Positions 1-13,114 of a DNA stretch of 64,000 nt are shown one piece after another. The first letter of the stretch is position 1. Each line of letters opens with the position of its first letter. The translations under genes were made by a program, and so were the position numbers. The notes under the pieces were generated by a model, which was not told the origin of the DNA, did not search any database, and was given only the letters and a program-made list of their open reading frames with translations. Origin of the DNA: Octopus vulgaris. Its lineage: Eukaryota. The DNA lies in contig OX597825.1 of NCBI GenBank assembly GCA_951406725.2, positions 24,242,001 to 24,306,000 of the forward strand, in the 5' to 3' direction.

Positions 1-30
1 TAGATTAAATAAAGTACCAACAAAATATAT

Positions 31-463
31 AGGCACAGGAGTGGCTGTGTGGTCAGTAGCTTGCTTACCAACCACATGGTTCCGGGTTCAGTTCCACTGC
101 ATAGCACCTTGGGCAAGTGTCTTCAACTATAGCCTCAGGCCGACCAAAGACTTGTGAGTGGATTTGGTAGATGGAAACTGAAAGAAGCCCATCGTATATA
201 TATGTGTGTGTATGTGTGTGTGTGTGTTGTATGTGTGTGTGTTTGTGTGTCTGTGTTTGCCTCCCCCCACCATCGCTTGACAACTGATGTTGGTGTATTC
301 ACGTCCCCGTAACTTAGCAGTTCAGCAAAAAGAGACTGATACAATAAGTACCAGGCTTACAAAGAATAAGTCCAGGGGTCGATTTGTTCGACTAAAGGCA
401 GTGCTCCAGCATAGCCACAGTCAAATGACTGACACAAATAAAAGACATAAAAGAATAAAAGAA
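31..463 (+). mobile_element. tRNA-derived SINE family A (CORE-like, internal TA/TG microsatellite)
   Basis: TGGCTGTGTGG A-box, GGTTCAGTTCC B-box, CCTTGGGCAAGTG core and TAAAAGA tail. More than 15 copies in the window. Confidence 0.85.
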
Positions 464-2549
464 AGGTCATTGATATCAAATTAAAAATTGCTGACCCTGA
501 CCTACAAATTGCTGACCTTGAGCCTAAATCAGAAACAATTATTATTAATGTGCTTTTTCCATGAGTGACTTTTTCCACGAATGGAGGCACTATCCTGGTG
601 GTTAGAGCAGCAGAATCATGGATGGATCATGGGTTCAAATCACAGACCAGGCGATGTGTGTGTTTATGAGTGAAACACCTAAGCTCCGTGCAGCTCTGGC
701 AGAAGGTAAGAGCGAACTTCTGCTGACTCTTTCGCTGCAACCTTCTCTCACTTTTTCCTCCTGCATCTAGCAGCTCACCTGTAATGGTCCAGCATCCCAT
801 CTGTGTGAGGAACCTATACACCACTGAAACTGGAAATCCGGCCCTTATGAGCCAGGCATGGCTCGGGAAGGAACAAGCAACAACAACAACACACAAGTGA
901 CTTGTGTTTAGTGATTAGTGTTTGGCTCATGATCATAAGATTGTGGTCTCAATTCCTGGACCAGGCGATGTGTTATATTCTTTAGCAAATGTTTCACTTT
1001 GCACAGCTCCAGTCTCCTCTGCTGGCAAAAATGAGTAATCCTGCGATGGACTGGCATCCTATCCCGTGGAAGAATATATACACCATAGAACCCAAAAAAC
1101 GTTCGATCCTTGATCCTTTTTTTTTTTTTCATGAGATATACAGAGCAGCCCAAAAGACACAGGTGCAAGCACCATCAAGCCTAATGTTTGGTGAGTGCCC
1201 CATCAGTGGACCCATACAACAGCACTGATTCTTCTGTAATATTACATCTGTATATATGCTCCCTTTTGACATGGCACTATACAATAATAAAACAATATGA
1301 TTAAATTAATTGTCTCTTTAAAGTCTCCAAATATTGTTCTGTTAATAGTTTTAGGTCAGAAGAATTTCAGTTTTGCACAATTATTGAAATCCATGGGGTG
1401 TAAGTTTTGAGTCCTGCACTTTGAAACCTTTTTTTGTTTTTTTTAATCACAGCACCAGCACTGGAGAGGTTAACTTGTATACTCTTTTACTCTTTTACTC
1501 TATTACTTGTTTCAGTAATTTGGCTGCGGCCATGCTGGAGCACCACCTTCAGTCGAGCAAATCAACCCTAGGACTTATTCTTTGTAAGCCTAGTGCTTAT
1601 TCTATCAGTCTCTTTTTCCTAAACCACTAAGTTATGGGAATGTAAACACACCAGCATCAGTTGTCAAGTGATGTTGGTGGGGGGGGGCGCAAACACAGAC
1701 ACACATACACACACACACACACAATGGCCCAGTGGTTAGGGCAGCGGATTCACAGTTGTAGGATCGTGGTTTCGATTCCCAGACCGAGCGTTGTGAGTGT
1801 TCATTGAGCGAAAACACCTAAAGCTCCACGAGGTTCTGGTAGGGGGTGGTGGTGGTCCCAGCTGTACTCTTTCGTCACAACTTTCTCTCACTCTTTCTTC
1901 TGTTGGCCTGCTTGCTTAGCCTGCAGGGTAGCGTCATTTGAAGGCTAAAACAATGTGAAGCGCATTGCGACCAGTGGTGTGTAGCAGCATCTGATAGCCT
2001 AGTCACTCACGGTGATATATCACGGTGATATATATATTTATATATATACATATAGATGAGTGTTATATGATGTGGATTAAGAGAATCATGTGGCTCACTC
2101 AGTATGGACTCATCTATCAATTCGCTGAATAATAAATTACAAAAAAGTGTAATGTAGAGGGTCCATAAATTATTGCTGTAACTATTATGCTCTGGAGATT
2201 TGATGAGCTAGTTTCCCTTATTTACATTACTGACAAAGATGATGATGATATGATGATGATGATGACAATAATGTTATTGTCAATCTTGTTAATTTAGGTT
2301 TTAGGTTCCAGTCGTTAGTTTGTTGCATCAATAAATAACAATTTGGTATTTTTACTAAATCCCTGCCAATTTTTTCATTGTTTTTAAAATTAAATGAAAC
2401 ATGTAGAGTGTGTAAGAAAAATGGTTACAGAAGCATTAAGATGATTAAATGAATAACAATAAAACTGACAACATTAATTACCACTAGGCTTGATGGGAAA
2501 CATACTATAATTGGTTGGGGGGTTTTACATATATATATTATATACACAA

Positions 2550-2581
<32 letters not shown>

Positions 2582-2688
2582 CATATATATGCACACATTC
2601 ATACATATATATACATAGATGCATACATACACACACAAATATTTGTTCATATATACATACATGCATATATATATATATATACATACAT

Positions 2689-2988
2689 GAAGGCGCATGG
2701 CTCAGTGGTTAGAGTGTTGAGCTTACAATCGTGGAGTTGTGAGTTCGAATCCAGGACCGGGATGTGTTGTGTTCTTGAGTAAGACGCTTTATTTTACGTT
2801 GCTCCAGTTCATTCAGCTGTAGACATGAGTTGCGACCGCACAGGTACCAAGCTGTATTGGCCGTTGTCTTTCCCTTGGATAACACTGGTGCCATGGAGAA
2901 GAGAGGCCGGTATGCATGGGTGACTTGTGCCTGGGAGGGTAACTTTCTAGGTGCAATTCCATGGTCAGTCATGACAGAAGGAGGTCTC
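2689..2988 (+). mobile_element. tRNA-derived SINE family B
   Basis: TGGCTCAGTGGTTAGAG A-box, GTTCGAATCC B-box. Body shared with copies at 7545, 7896, 21800 and ~51770-52175(-). Confidence 0.85.
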
Positions 2989-3124
2989 AGCACATACATA
3001 CATATATACACACACACATTTATACATATATGCATAAATACACGCACACACACACATATATATACATTCATTCACACACACACACATATATATATTTATA
3101 TACAAACATATATATATATAAATA

Positions 3125-3161
<37 letters not shown>

Positions 3162-3933
3162 TACATTTTTTTTATCTTTCTTTTTGTAGGGTGGGCATCT
3201 GTCAGTTGTGCTAAACATGTCCAAATATAGAAAGACTGGCAATTTTTGGTTCACTTTTTCTAGAACCTCCTTATCCTCTGGGGTAGCAGTGCCTTTTCCA
3301 AATGGAGCTGCTCAGACACCCATGTAGCAACTGAATCCTATTGCTGTCTAAGGTGACAAGGAGATGACTTTATATCTAGCATGGGCCGCCTACCTGCAGA
3401 TCACTGACAACATGCTTCCAACCTATCAGATCTGCATGCTTTGCCACCTTCCCATTTCTGCAGGGCTTCCGAATAAAAATGAAATAAGTATATACTAAAA
3501 ATAAATAACTGTATACTAAAAATAAAGATATGTACATACGGAAAATAAAATAAATATATATAGGGAAAAAAAAAAAAGCAGGACATATCGAGCAGAGGTC
3601 AGCAATGCCTGTGCAGTGTGTTAGGTCCAATAAGGCTTGCATGATACCTCACAGACCTTCTCCACTTTATTGACATTATCCAGAGACAAGCCAGAGCGAA
3701 ATGTTTGGTGCCAATATGAGTCGCAGGCTCAGGGATGTGGGAGCACCATGATCTTTAGCACAAACCAAAGGTCCCCAAAATGTCCAATGCCATTCCCTAC
3801 ATATCTGGTTTTATATAAGACTGACTCCCAGTGGTCTAATATATTCCAGATACCATCCCAGAATTTTTGCATACCCGTGCTATAGCTAGATAGCCTTTGA
3901 GCCTGCACTAGGTTCATCTGACTTATGCATACA

Positions 3934-3967
<34 letters not shown>

Positions 3968-3990
3968 CATATATATATATAAAGATAGAT

Positions 3991-4356
3991 AGATATGTTT
4001 AAGAGACAGAATCACCCTCAAGCAACTCAATTATCATTGAATGACATTTTCCACAATGTGTACATATAGGACTAAATATTAAAATTATCAAAATTAATAC
4101 CTTCAATTCTTATTCCAAATTATCAAAATAAATTTTAATATGGTATTGTATTTAGACATCTTCTATTTCAGCAATATTGGGGAATATGTTGTCATAAAAT
4201 GCGTGTAGTCTATATAATGTAAAGTATATGATTTGAATAAGAATTGAAGGTATTAGTTTTGATAATTTTAATATTTAAAATATGTACTTATCGTGGATAA
4301 TGTCGTTCAATGATGATTCAGTTGCTTGAGGGTGATTCTGTCTGTTAAACATATCT
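3991..4356. repeat. Fold-back inverted repeat in (TA)n
   Basis: Arms ~3991-4120 and ~4231-4356 are diverged reverse complements. Confidence 0.85.
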
Positions 4357-4455
4357 ATATATATGTATATAATACAGTGAGTAATTTATTTTAGTATCAC
4401 TAAATTAAACTTCTCTCCCCTGTGGACTCTGAAATAACTTCCCTAATATTAATAT

Positions 4456-4490
<35 letters not shown>

Positions 4491-4584
4491 CAGTTGAATA
4501 AAGTTAAAATATGGTCTGGTTTTTCACATTTTTTAGTACTGTATTTAAAAACACACACACACATACACACACACACACACACTC

Positions 4585-4630
<46 letters not shown>

Positions 4631-7250
4631 CTGTTGAATAAAGTTAAAATATGGTCTGGTTTTTCACGTTTTTCAGTACTCTATTTAAAAACATTTTTTT
4701 TTTCAATGTTGAAGTGTGTTAAACATTAAAAAAAAATATTTTGTAATGTTCATAAAGTTCGGTTAGCCCTCTCATAAATTCGTTGTAACCATCAGATTTC
4801 AAAATGTATTTTACTGCCTGTGGAGTTCTTTACAACTGTAGTAAAATGACTGACTTCTTCCTTTTTATACCTTTTAGAAGGCTCCAACAAGCTGAAATTT
4901 CCAAATACAGTTTTGACCAAGCTGCATACAGCTAAAAGTCACAGATTTCTGGGCATACCAATATTACTGGCATAGATTTCGCCTTTATTTTAACTGATAG
5001 CTTGTGGTTTATATGTAATGGTTTTATGAGTGAGCAAACTTAGTTGGTTTCAATCGTCTTTATTTCAATTGGTCGAAGTCTTCTGAAATTTGTTTATATT
5101 CACATGTTAGAGATATTTTTTAATCCACATCATTAACTGGTTGTTATATTATTGTTGTTATTTGTGTTCAGAACAGGTTTGAACATCCTAATAAAACATT
5201 TCTCTTTTATCTTTCTTCCAACCTCACTCATGTCATGTAGTTTGCGGAAAGGAAAAGTTAGAAAATTTTCTGGTCACGTTTCTATATGTTCACTCAATGA
5301 AATTTAGTAAGCCTTAGTGTTCCGGATTTAATAAGTCAGACACTAGGCTTACAAAGAATAGGCCCTGGGGTCGATTTCTTCAACTAAAAGGTGGTGCTTC
5401 AGTATGGCTACCGTTAAATGACTGAAACAAGTAAAAGAATAAAAGAATATATATATATACATATATATGCATAGATACGTGTGTGTGTGTTTAGACTGTC
5501 CACGTTGTTACATTACAAGTACACATGACCCACAAGATATCACTTCTCCATGGAATTGTTTATCTCTCTGAATTATAAAGAATTGTGTTCTATAATACTA
5601 GATATCTCTTCAAAGATAGCATCACATCATCTCAGACAAGGCAATATTGGCATTTCCCTAGTGGTGAGAATTTCTAAATTGTAAGATGGTGCATTGGAAG
5701 CACCATTACAACTTTGTGGTTATTTATTCCAGATCTCTGTACTTTGAGTTCAAATCCTGCCAAGAGCAACTTTGCCTTTCAGCCTTCTGGGACCAGCAAT
5801 ACAAAGAACCACTCAAATACTGAAATCAAAATAATTCAGAAAGCTCTTCTCTAAGATTTCTGGCTTTGTTTCTTTCTTAGAAACCATTATTAAAGTCAAT
5901 AATTTTTTTCTTTTCTTTTTTTTTTTTTTTTTTTTGCATATTAGGAACAACAAACATATCAAAATCATTTTCCTTGCTAAAGCAGAGATTATGCCTTACT
6001 GACCCCTTGGCAATCTTAATATACTCATGGTTCCCTTTTAAAATCAGTATTTTACAGGTAGATACCCTTCCTGTAGCCTCTCATGGTACATTGACACATT
6101 GTGCCAATAGTAAAACTTTATTATTTGAAACATAATATATCTGAAATAAATAAACACAGTAAATTATTGGCAATATTAAGGAAATAATGAATCTGTCCAA
6201 ATTACACATTTATGGGAAAATAGTGTTAATTTTTATTGACTTATGTTATAACTACACGAACAAGAGCAACGGATTGGAATAACTACATTATAATACATTA
6301 TACATACATTGCCCAAAAATATGTGGTATGCTATACAAGCTTGTCCAAATATTGTACTATCAAAAGCATGCAACTTATAGTCACTCACATTTAAATCTTG
6401 TGTTTGTTAAATGGTATTTATCTCTCACTGGATGGAGAACTTTTAGTTGATGCCACAAATGACAGGACAGTACCCTATATGCACATTAAATTACTGGGAA
6501 TTGCTACTTAGTGGGAGAGAATCACTTCTGGGTTTATTTTTCTAATGTTGAGAAATCATTATCAAAGAATGAAAAGTACATAAATATATTTCTATATAAT
6601 ATCTTTATTGTTTTCATGAGATAAAAACGAAAGTCATTAAAGCCTCTGGTAGCAGTAGAAGAAATGGTAGTTCGTTTCCTTCTTCTTTCTGGACTCTTCA
6701 GCACAGCATAACTTGATAATTTAAAATTAGTTAGCTTAAACGCATTTAAAAATTAAAAACAATCTGTTCCTTTTTTTCTTGTTCTAACTGTAGAGGAGAG
6801 ATAAAGATAGAGATAGAGGGAAGAAAACCTCATGTTTATGAAATATTTTGCATGTTTTTATCATCATTATCATCGTTGTCATTATTTAACGTCCACTTTC
6901 TATGCTGACATGGGTTGGACAGTTTGACTGAGGACTAGCAAGTTGGGAGGCTGCACCAAGCTTCAATCTGATTTGGCGAGGTTTCTACAACTGGATGCAC
7001 TTCCTAACACCAACCACTCTGAGAATGTAATGGGTGCTTTTTACATGCCACCAGCACAGGTTTCACTCAGGCAACATTGGCATCAACCATGCTCGAATGG
7101 TGCTGTTTACATAACACCAGCATGGGTACCAGTCAGGTGGCATGGGATAGGCCATACATGAATGGTGCCTTCATATATATATATATATGTATATGCTTTC
7201 GGTGTGAATGGTTTTCTTATATGGCATCATTTTTACAATCCTGTAAATAA

Positions 7251-7494
7251 TAATAATAGTATTTTTATATAACCTTAAAGCTTACGCTGATCACCATGCA
7301 ATGACTAAGGAAAATAGTCTAATAAAGGGGTATATAAGCCCTCAGCAGAAAAAAAAAAGGCTTTTCTCCGACATGGATAGGAAAGCCTTCTTTTCTTTGT
7401 TGGGGGCTTTTACGACCCTTTATTAGACTATTTTCCTTAATCATTGCACGGTGATCGCCATAAGCTTTAAGCTTATATAACAATACCATTATTA
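7251..7494. repeat. Fold-back inverted repeat in (TA)n
   Basis: ~115-bp arms (e.g. TAAGGAAAATAGTCTAATAAAGGG / CCCTTTATTAGACTATTTTCCTTA) with a short loop near 7370. Confidence 0.85.
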
Positions 7495-7544
7495 ATATAT
7501 ACATATACACACACACATATATATATACATATATATATATATAT

Positions 7545-7846
7545 AGGCGCATGGCTCAGTGGTTAGAGCATTGAGCTTACGATCGTGAGGTTGTGAGCTC
7601 AAATCCCGGACCGGGCTGCGTGTTGTGTTCTCGAGCAAGGCACTTTATTTCACGTTGCTCCAGTTCACTCAGCTGTAGAAATGAGTTGCGACGTCACTGG
7701 TGCCAAGCTGTATCGACCTTTGTCTTTCCTTTGGATAACACTGGTGGCGTGGAGAGGGGAGGCTGGTATGCATGGGCGACTGCTGGCCTTCCATAAACAA
7801 TCTTGCCTGGACTTGTGTCTAGGAGGGTAACTTTCTAGGTGCAATC

Positions 7847-7893
<47 letters not shown>

Positions 7894-8229
7894 GTGAAGG
7901 CGCATGGCTCAGTGGTTAGAGCGTCGAGCTTACGATCGTGAGGTTGTGAGCTCGAATCCCGGACCGGGCTGCGTGTTGTGTTCTCGAGCAAGGCACTTTA
8001 TTTCACGTTGTTCCAGTTCACTCAGCTGTAGAAATGAGTTGCGACGTCACTGGTGCCAAGCTGTATCGACCTTTGTCTTTCCCTTGGATAACACTGGTGG
8101 CGTGGAGAGGGGAGGCTGGTATGCATGGGCGACTGCTAGCCTTCCATAAACAACCTTGCCCGGACTTGTGTCTAGGAGGGTAACTTTCTAGGTGCAATCC
8201 CATGGTCATTCATGACCGAAGGGGGTCTT
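7545..8229 (+). mobile_element. Two near-identical tandem copies of SINE family B (tRNA-Arg-like head, TTACGAT loop)
   Basis: 7545-7851 and 7896-8229, separated by (TA)n. Confidence 0.9.
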
Positions 8230-9114
8230 TACCCCTTTTATATGTATATGTATATGTATGTATAATAAAAAGGTAAAAATTAATTTAGAATTATTTCCAA
8301 ATATAAAAAAAAAAAATAAAAGAAGTCAGATAAAAAAAAAACACACTACAAAAAAACTATAACAAATACATGTTCAAAAAGAAAAAAAAAGTAAGAAATG
8401 CCTGTCTAAAACTCAAAATGAAATAAGAATGTTACAGATTTTTGTTATAAATTTATTAAGCAATTGTTCCACCTTGACTTTGTCAGTTTCCACAGCTAAA
8501 CACAAAATATCAGTGATAAGCATTAACAAAAAAATAGAGCTTGCTTTCTTCTATTTTCATTTCTTTGGCTTCCATTAGTTAATAACATTGCTAAATGGCA
8601 AATTCTTCAAATATTTCTTGAGTTTTGCATTTGGTTTTTTGGTTTTCTAAAACTCTTTTACACATTACATAATAATTATAATGGAGTTTGAAAGTTGCAA
8701 TTACTAAGCATTTCACTGCAGAGGTGCAGCAGTTGAGTTGTGACTTTTGACATTATTGTATATCTTGGAATTAACAGTTATGGCCGAGTAGTTAAGAAGC
8801 TTGTTTTACTATTACATGGTTTCAGCTTCAGTCCCACTGTGTGACTGGCACGGTGGGGTGGCACCTTGGGCAAGTGTCTACTACAACAGTCTCAAGCTAA
8901 ACACCATCCGTCCGTGGTCGTTTGCCAGCCCCGTCTGGCACCTATGCTGGTGGCACGTAAAAAGCACCCACTACACTCTTGGAGTGGTTGGAGTTAGGAA
9001 GGGCATCCAGCCATAGAAACATTGCCAGATCAGACTGGGCCTGGTGCAGCCTTCTGGTTTCCCAGACCCCAGTTGAACCGTCCAACCCATGCCAGCATAG
9101 AAAGCGGACGCTAA

Positions 9115-9152
<38 letters not shown>

Positions 9153-9243
9153 ATATATAGGCAATATATATGTATATGAATTTTTTGCATAATAAGATAA
9201 AAAACCAAGGCTGTGTAGATATTAGAATATTTATAGATAGAAG

Positions 9244-9298
9244 GTCTTACAGCCTGTTTCTAGGATATTTTTATTAATAATATCCCTTCATTGGAGAC
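9244..9298 (-). ncRNA. Degenerate hammerhead ribozyme motif
   Basis: Minus strand: GTCT-CCAATGA-A-GGGATATT..AATATCCT-A-GAAA-CAGGCTG-TA-AGAC. The core G appears lost, plausibly by CpG decay. Confidence 0.55.
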
Positions 9299-9672
9299 AG
9301 TGTGAGAGGATAGTTAAGTCATAGTTTAGATGTAATACAAAATAGAGAGTGAGGTGGATACAAGATATGTATGGATATTGAAGTTGTAAATCCATTTTAT
9401 AGGCATAATGGTATATATGCAATATTCCAATATCCTTTGAGTAAAGTCCAAAAGTCCAACAGAGTTTAATATGATTCCTTCCAAATATAGAGTTTATAAG
9501 CAATGTAAGATTCCCTTATGAGTGAGATCCAGCAGATTTTTAAAATTGGTCATTGCCAGTAGAGAATTTATATACAATCATATACAAATCTGGAACTTAA
9601 CTATGGTCTGTCAATAGCACTTATTCAGCATTACCTGACACCTTTGGGTCTCAATGTGTGTATATATGTATG

Positions 9673-9832
9673 TAGGTGCAGGCATAGCTGTGTGGTAAGA
9701 AGCTTGCTTCGTAACCTCATGGTTCTGGGTTCAGCCCCACTGTGTGGCATCTTGGGCAAGTGTCTTCTACTATAGCCTCGAGTAGACCAAAGCCTTGTGA
9801 ATGGATTTGGTAGATGGAAACTGTTGCGTGTG

Positions 9833-9906
<74 letters not shown>

Positions 9907-10130
9907 TGTGTGTATATTTGTGTGTCTGTGTTTGTCCACCCACACACACACACCATCGCTTGACAACTGATGCTGGTGTGTTTACATCCCTGTAACTTAG
10001 CAGTTGAGCAAAAGATACTGATAGGATGAGTACTGAGCTTAAAAAGAATAAGTCCTGGGGTCAATTTGTTCGACTAAAGGCGGTGCTCCAGAATGGCTGC
10101 AGTCAAATGACTAAAACAAATAAAAGAATA
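9673..10130 (+). mobile_element. SINE family A
   Basis: Full-length match to 31-463. Confidence 0.85.
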
Positions 10131-12118
10131 TATACACATATATAGATGGATATATAATTCAATGAGATTTTGTTCTGCCAGGGTTTGCAAGATGTGCTTG
10201 CCAAGCTCTACAGATCTTCCAGAATGCTGCTCATCTTCTAGGCTGTAGTTTCCGGTTCGGAATTTCTAGAACTACTGTTGACACTGGCCTATGCTTATTG
10301 TCCAATCCCCATATACTGAACTAATATTCTTCACACTTTCTGTTGTGTGGTTGCCTTTATTGAATTCATAAAACAAAATAAGCTGGATATGTTCGTGTGT
10401 CACTTTCATTAAAGCTTTAGAAAAATAACTGTTAAAATCGAACTGCACTCTTCAAAACTTGCACTATGAATAAGGACAAGGTAAAATTACTACCAGCTTT
10501 TAAAGCAAGTTGATGCAGGTAGTTTATCCTGTCCCCCACTGACTTTTAGTTCATGCAATTGAAAAAACTGCATTATTCATGGGATGACCCAATTGAAACA
10601 GATAGCAAGCAACTTCAGTGTTTGCAGAAAAGATTGTGAAATTTTGTGTATTTTTCTAAGATAAAATTTTTAAAAGGAAGTATCTTAGCAAACTGAATTA
10701 TGCTTCTATATCTACCAGCTGTATCCTGTCACAACTTGTGAACTCTGCCTGTAGTCAAAGCACATAGCTGTTCTAAATGGCTCACTCCACTTAGCTGTAA
10801 AAAGATACCACGTACTAGTTTCACCGATCATGGAAAAAAAGTAAGGGTACTATAAAACTGAGGTGTGTTTCATGGTCTTGAAGTGGGAAAGCCGAGTTCA
10901 ATACTTCCTGGGGAAATAAAGCTTTGAGAAGGATGTTTCAATATGTTGACTTACCCTAGATATACTGCAAGAATACAATGCCGTCAACCGTATATCTATT
11001 CTTCAATATGTTCTGGAACTAACTACCATTTTTTTAAAGAGAGGACAGGGAGACAAGAAGGAAAGGTTGTTATAGGAAATAAAATGTTAAATATTGTATA
11101 ATGCATCATTGGCAGTTAGAAATATTTTTATAGAGTGTCTGCAGAGAAATTAGTTTTCCACTTGATGCGAAGGATTCTATTATAATAATAACCTGATATT
11201 TCAAAATGAAGGAAAAAACATATCAAGAATATTTGATGAGATGCAAGGGATGAGATAAATGCTATCAAGAATTCCCTCAAAGACTAAAGAACATCAAATC
11301 AAACTTGACTGCATGAAACCTTTTTGATTTTTTTTTTTTTTTTTTATTTTTTAGAATTTTCATTTTTTTTTCCCCCTCTTTTAACAAAATGTGAATGGTT
11401 TTAACATCGGTTGCTAAGAAAATTGTTCCCTCAAGAATGTAAAAAACTTGGAAGTATTCTTCGCAAACTCAACATAAACTTGAATATATTAAGCTTGCGG
11501 TTATTTTCACTTTTAATATTAAACTACGTTGCTATGCAATTTACACAATTAAATTTTTGCAATCATCATGAAAAATTCTTTCAGCATGCTTTAATATCAC
11601 TTACGCAGGAAGCAGGTGGGAATTCAAAAGCAGAACTAGATGCATATCTAAAATCCATTCCTTCTATTTCATCAAGGTTTTCCATATACGTACCTACTCT
11701 AGAAACCGTATGCATTCTTTATTACCTCTCCATTGCTTTTATTCCTCCTGTCATATGTTTTACATGCTGAAATTGCTGTGGTAGTTTTATATGAGGGAAA
11801 ACACATCACTGATGATCACTTGGGCTTTTTACAAACTTAATATTCTTCCTCTGGCTACCATGTTCTACATTGTTATATTATTCTTTATCATTTCTGTATC
11901 GTTCACTTTACATTCTCTTAAACTCTACCTTGATCTTCATTTCTACTTGGCTCTGATCCATTTCATCAGCTTCTACACTGTCTTCCAAAATTCTATGTTA
12001 TCCTGTGCTTTTTGTTGCTTGTTTGTGTCTACTTCTCCTACACCAATAACACACATTGTTGTTCTTATGAACAACCTGTTGTCCAAACCAAAGTTCTGAT
12101 GGTTCAGAACACCAATAA

Positions 12119-12526
12119 ACTCTTTTACTCTTTTACTTGTTTCAGTCATTTGACTGTGGCCATGCTGGAGCACCTCCATTAGTCGAGCAGATCAACCCCA
12201 GGACTTATTCTTTGGAAGCCTAGTACTTATTCTATCGGTCTCTTTTGCTGAACCACTAAGTTACAGGGACATAAACACACAAGCTTCAGTTGTCAAGCGA
12301 TGTTGGGGGGACAAACACAGACACACAAACATACACACACACTAACATATATATATACGTACATACACACATATATACGACAGGCTTCTTTCAGTTTCCT
12401 TCTACCAAATCCACTCACAAGGCCCGAGACTATAGCAGAAGACACTTGCCCAAGGTGCCACGCAGTGGGACTGAACCCAGAACCATGTGGCTGGTAAGCA
12501 AGCTACTTAACACATAGCCACACCTG
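12119..12526 (-). mobile_element. SINE family A
   Basis: Reverse-complement match to 31-463. Confidence 0.85.
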
Positions 12527-13114
12527 CTACAAATAAAAGTCAAATCTTTACTAAATAACATCATACTATCATAAAAAGGAAGGACACATCAGATAATGAG
12601 GTCTTAGATATTACAATACTTTTATTAATATTTTTGTGGTTTAATGGCAATCATGAGTCTGTTAGAAATAGCAGCCAAATCTCACCCCAAATAAAATTTT
12701 ACTAACTTAAAAGAGAAGGACACAGCAAAAAATGTCCTCCTAGATATTACTATGCTTGAAAAATGGACAGGATTGGACAGGATGGAATAGAACAAGCACA
12801 GCTGGAATATCTTTGATTGTATATTTGCTTGATCAGAACTGACCTAGATCTAGACATCGGCATCAACAGCAGCAGCAGCAAATGGCAATCAAAGAAGTTA
12901 TAGAATCCCTGGAGAGAATGAACAGAATATATATTTGACAGACATATGTCAGATGTGAATCTATGATATCCATTCTGTTTTTGGAACCATAAGCATATGG
13001 ATTATGATCTCTACTTCCTGCTGGATTAAACCAATCAACCATTGACAGCCAATGCTGATTTCATTAATGGTCAAATTTAAAAGAGGGGAAAGTGACTTTT
13101 TCTTACTCTTTACT

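Noticed and set aside
4486-5300. Duplicated ~60-bp segment and possible Tc1-like remnant
   Set aside because: No partner TIR or translatable transposase motif could be confirmed by eye.
7896-7970. tRNA-Arg gene
   Set aside because: It is the head of a multi-copy SINE, with an imperfect cloverleaf and no terminator.
10290-12110. Possible decayed transposase or host exons (ORFs 11411..11770, 11791..12099)
   Set aside because: No motif or splice structure I can support; needs BLASTX.
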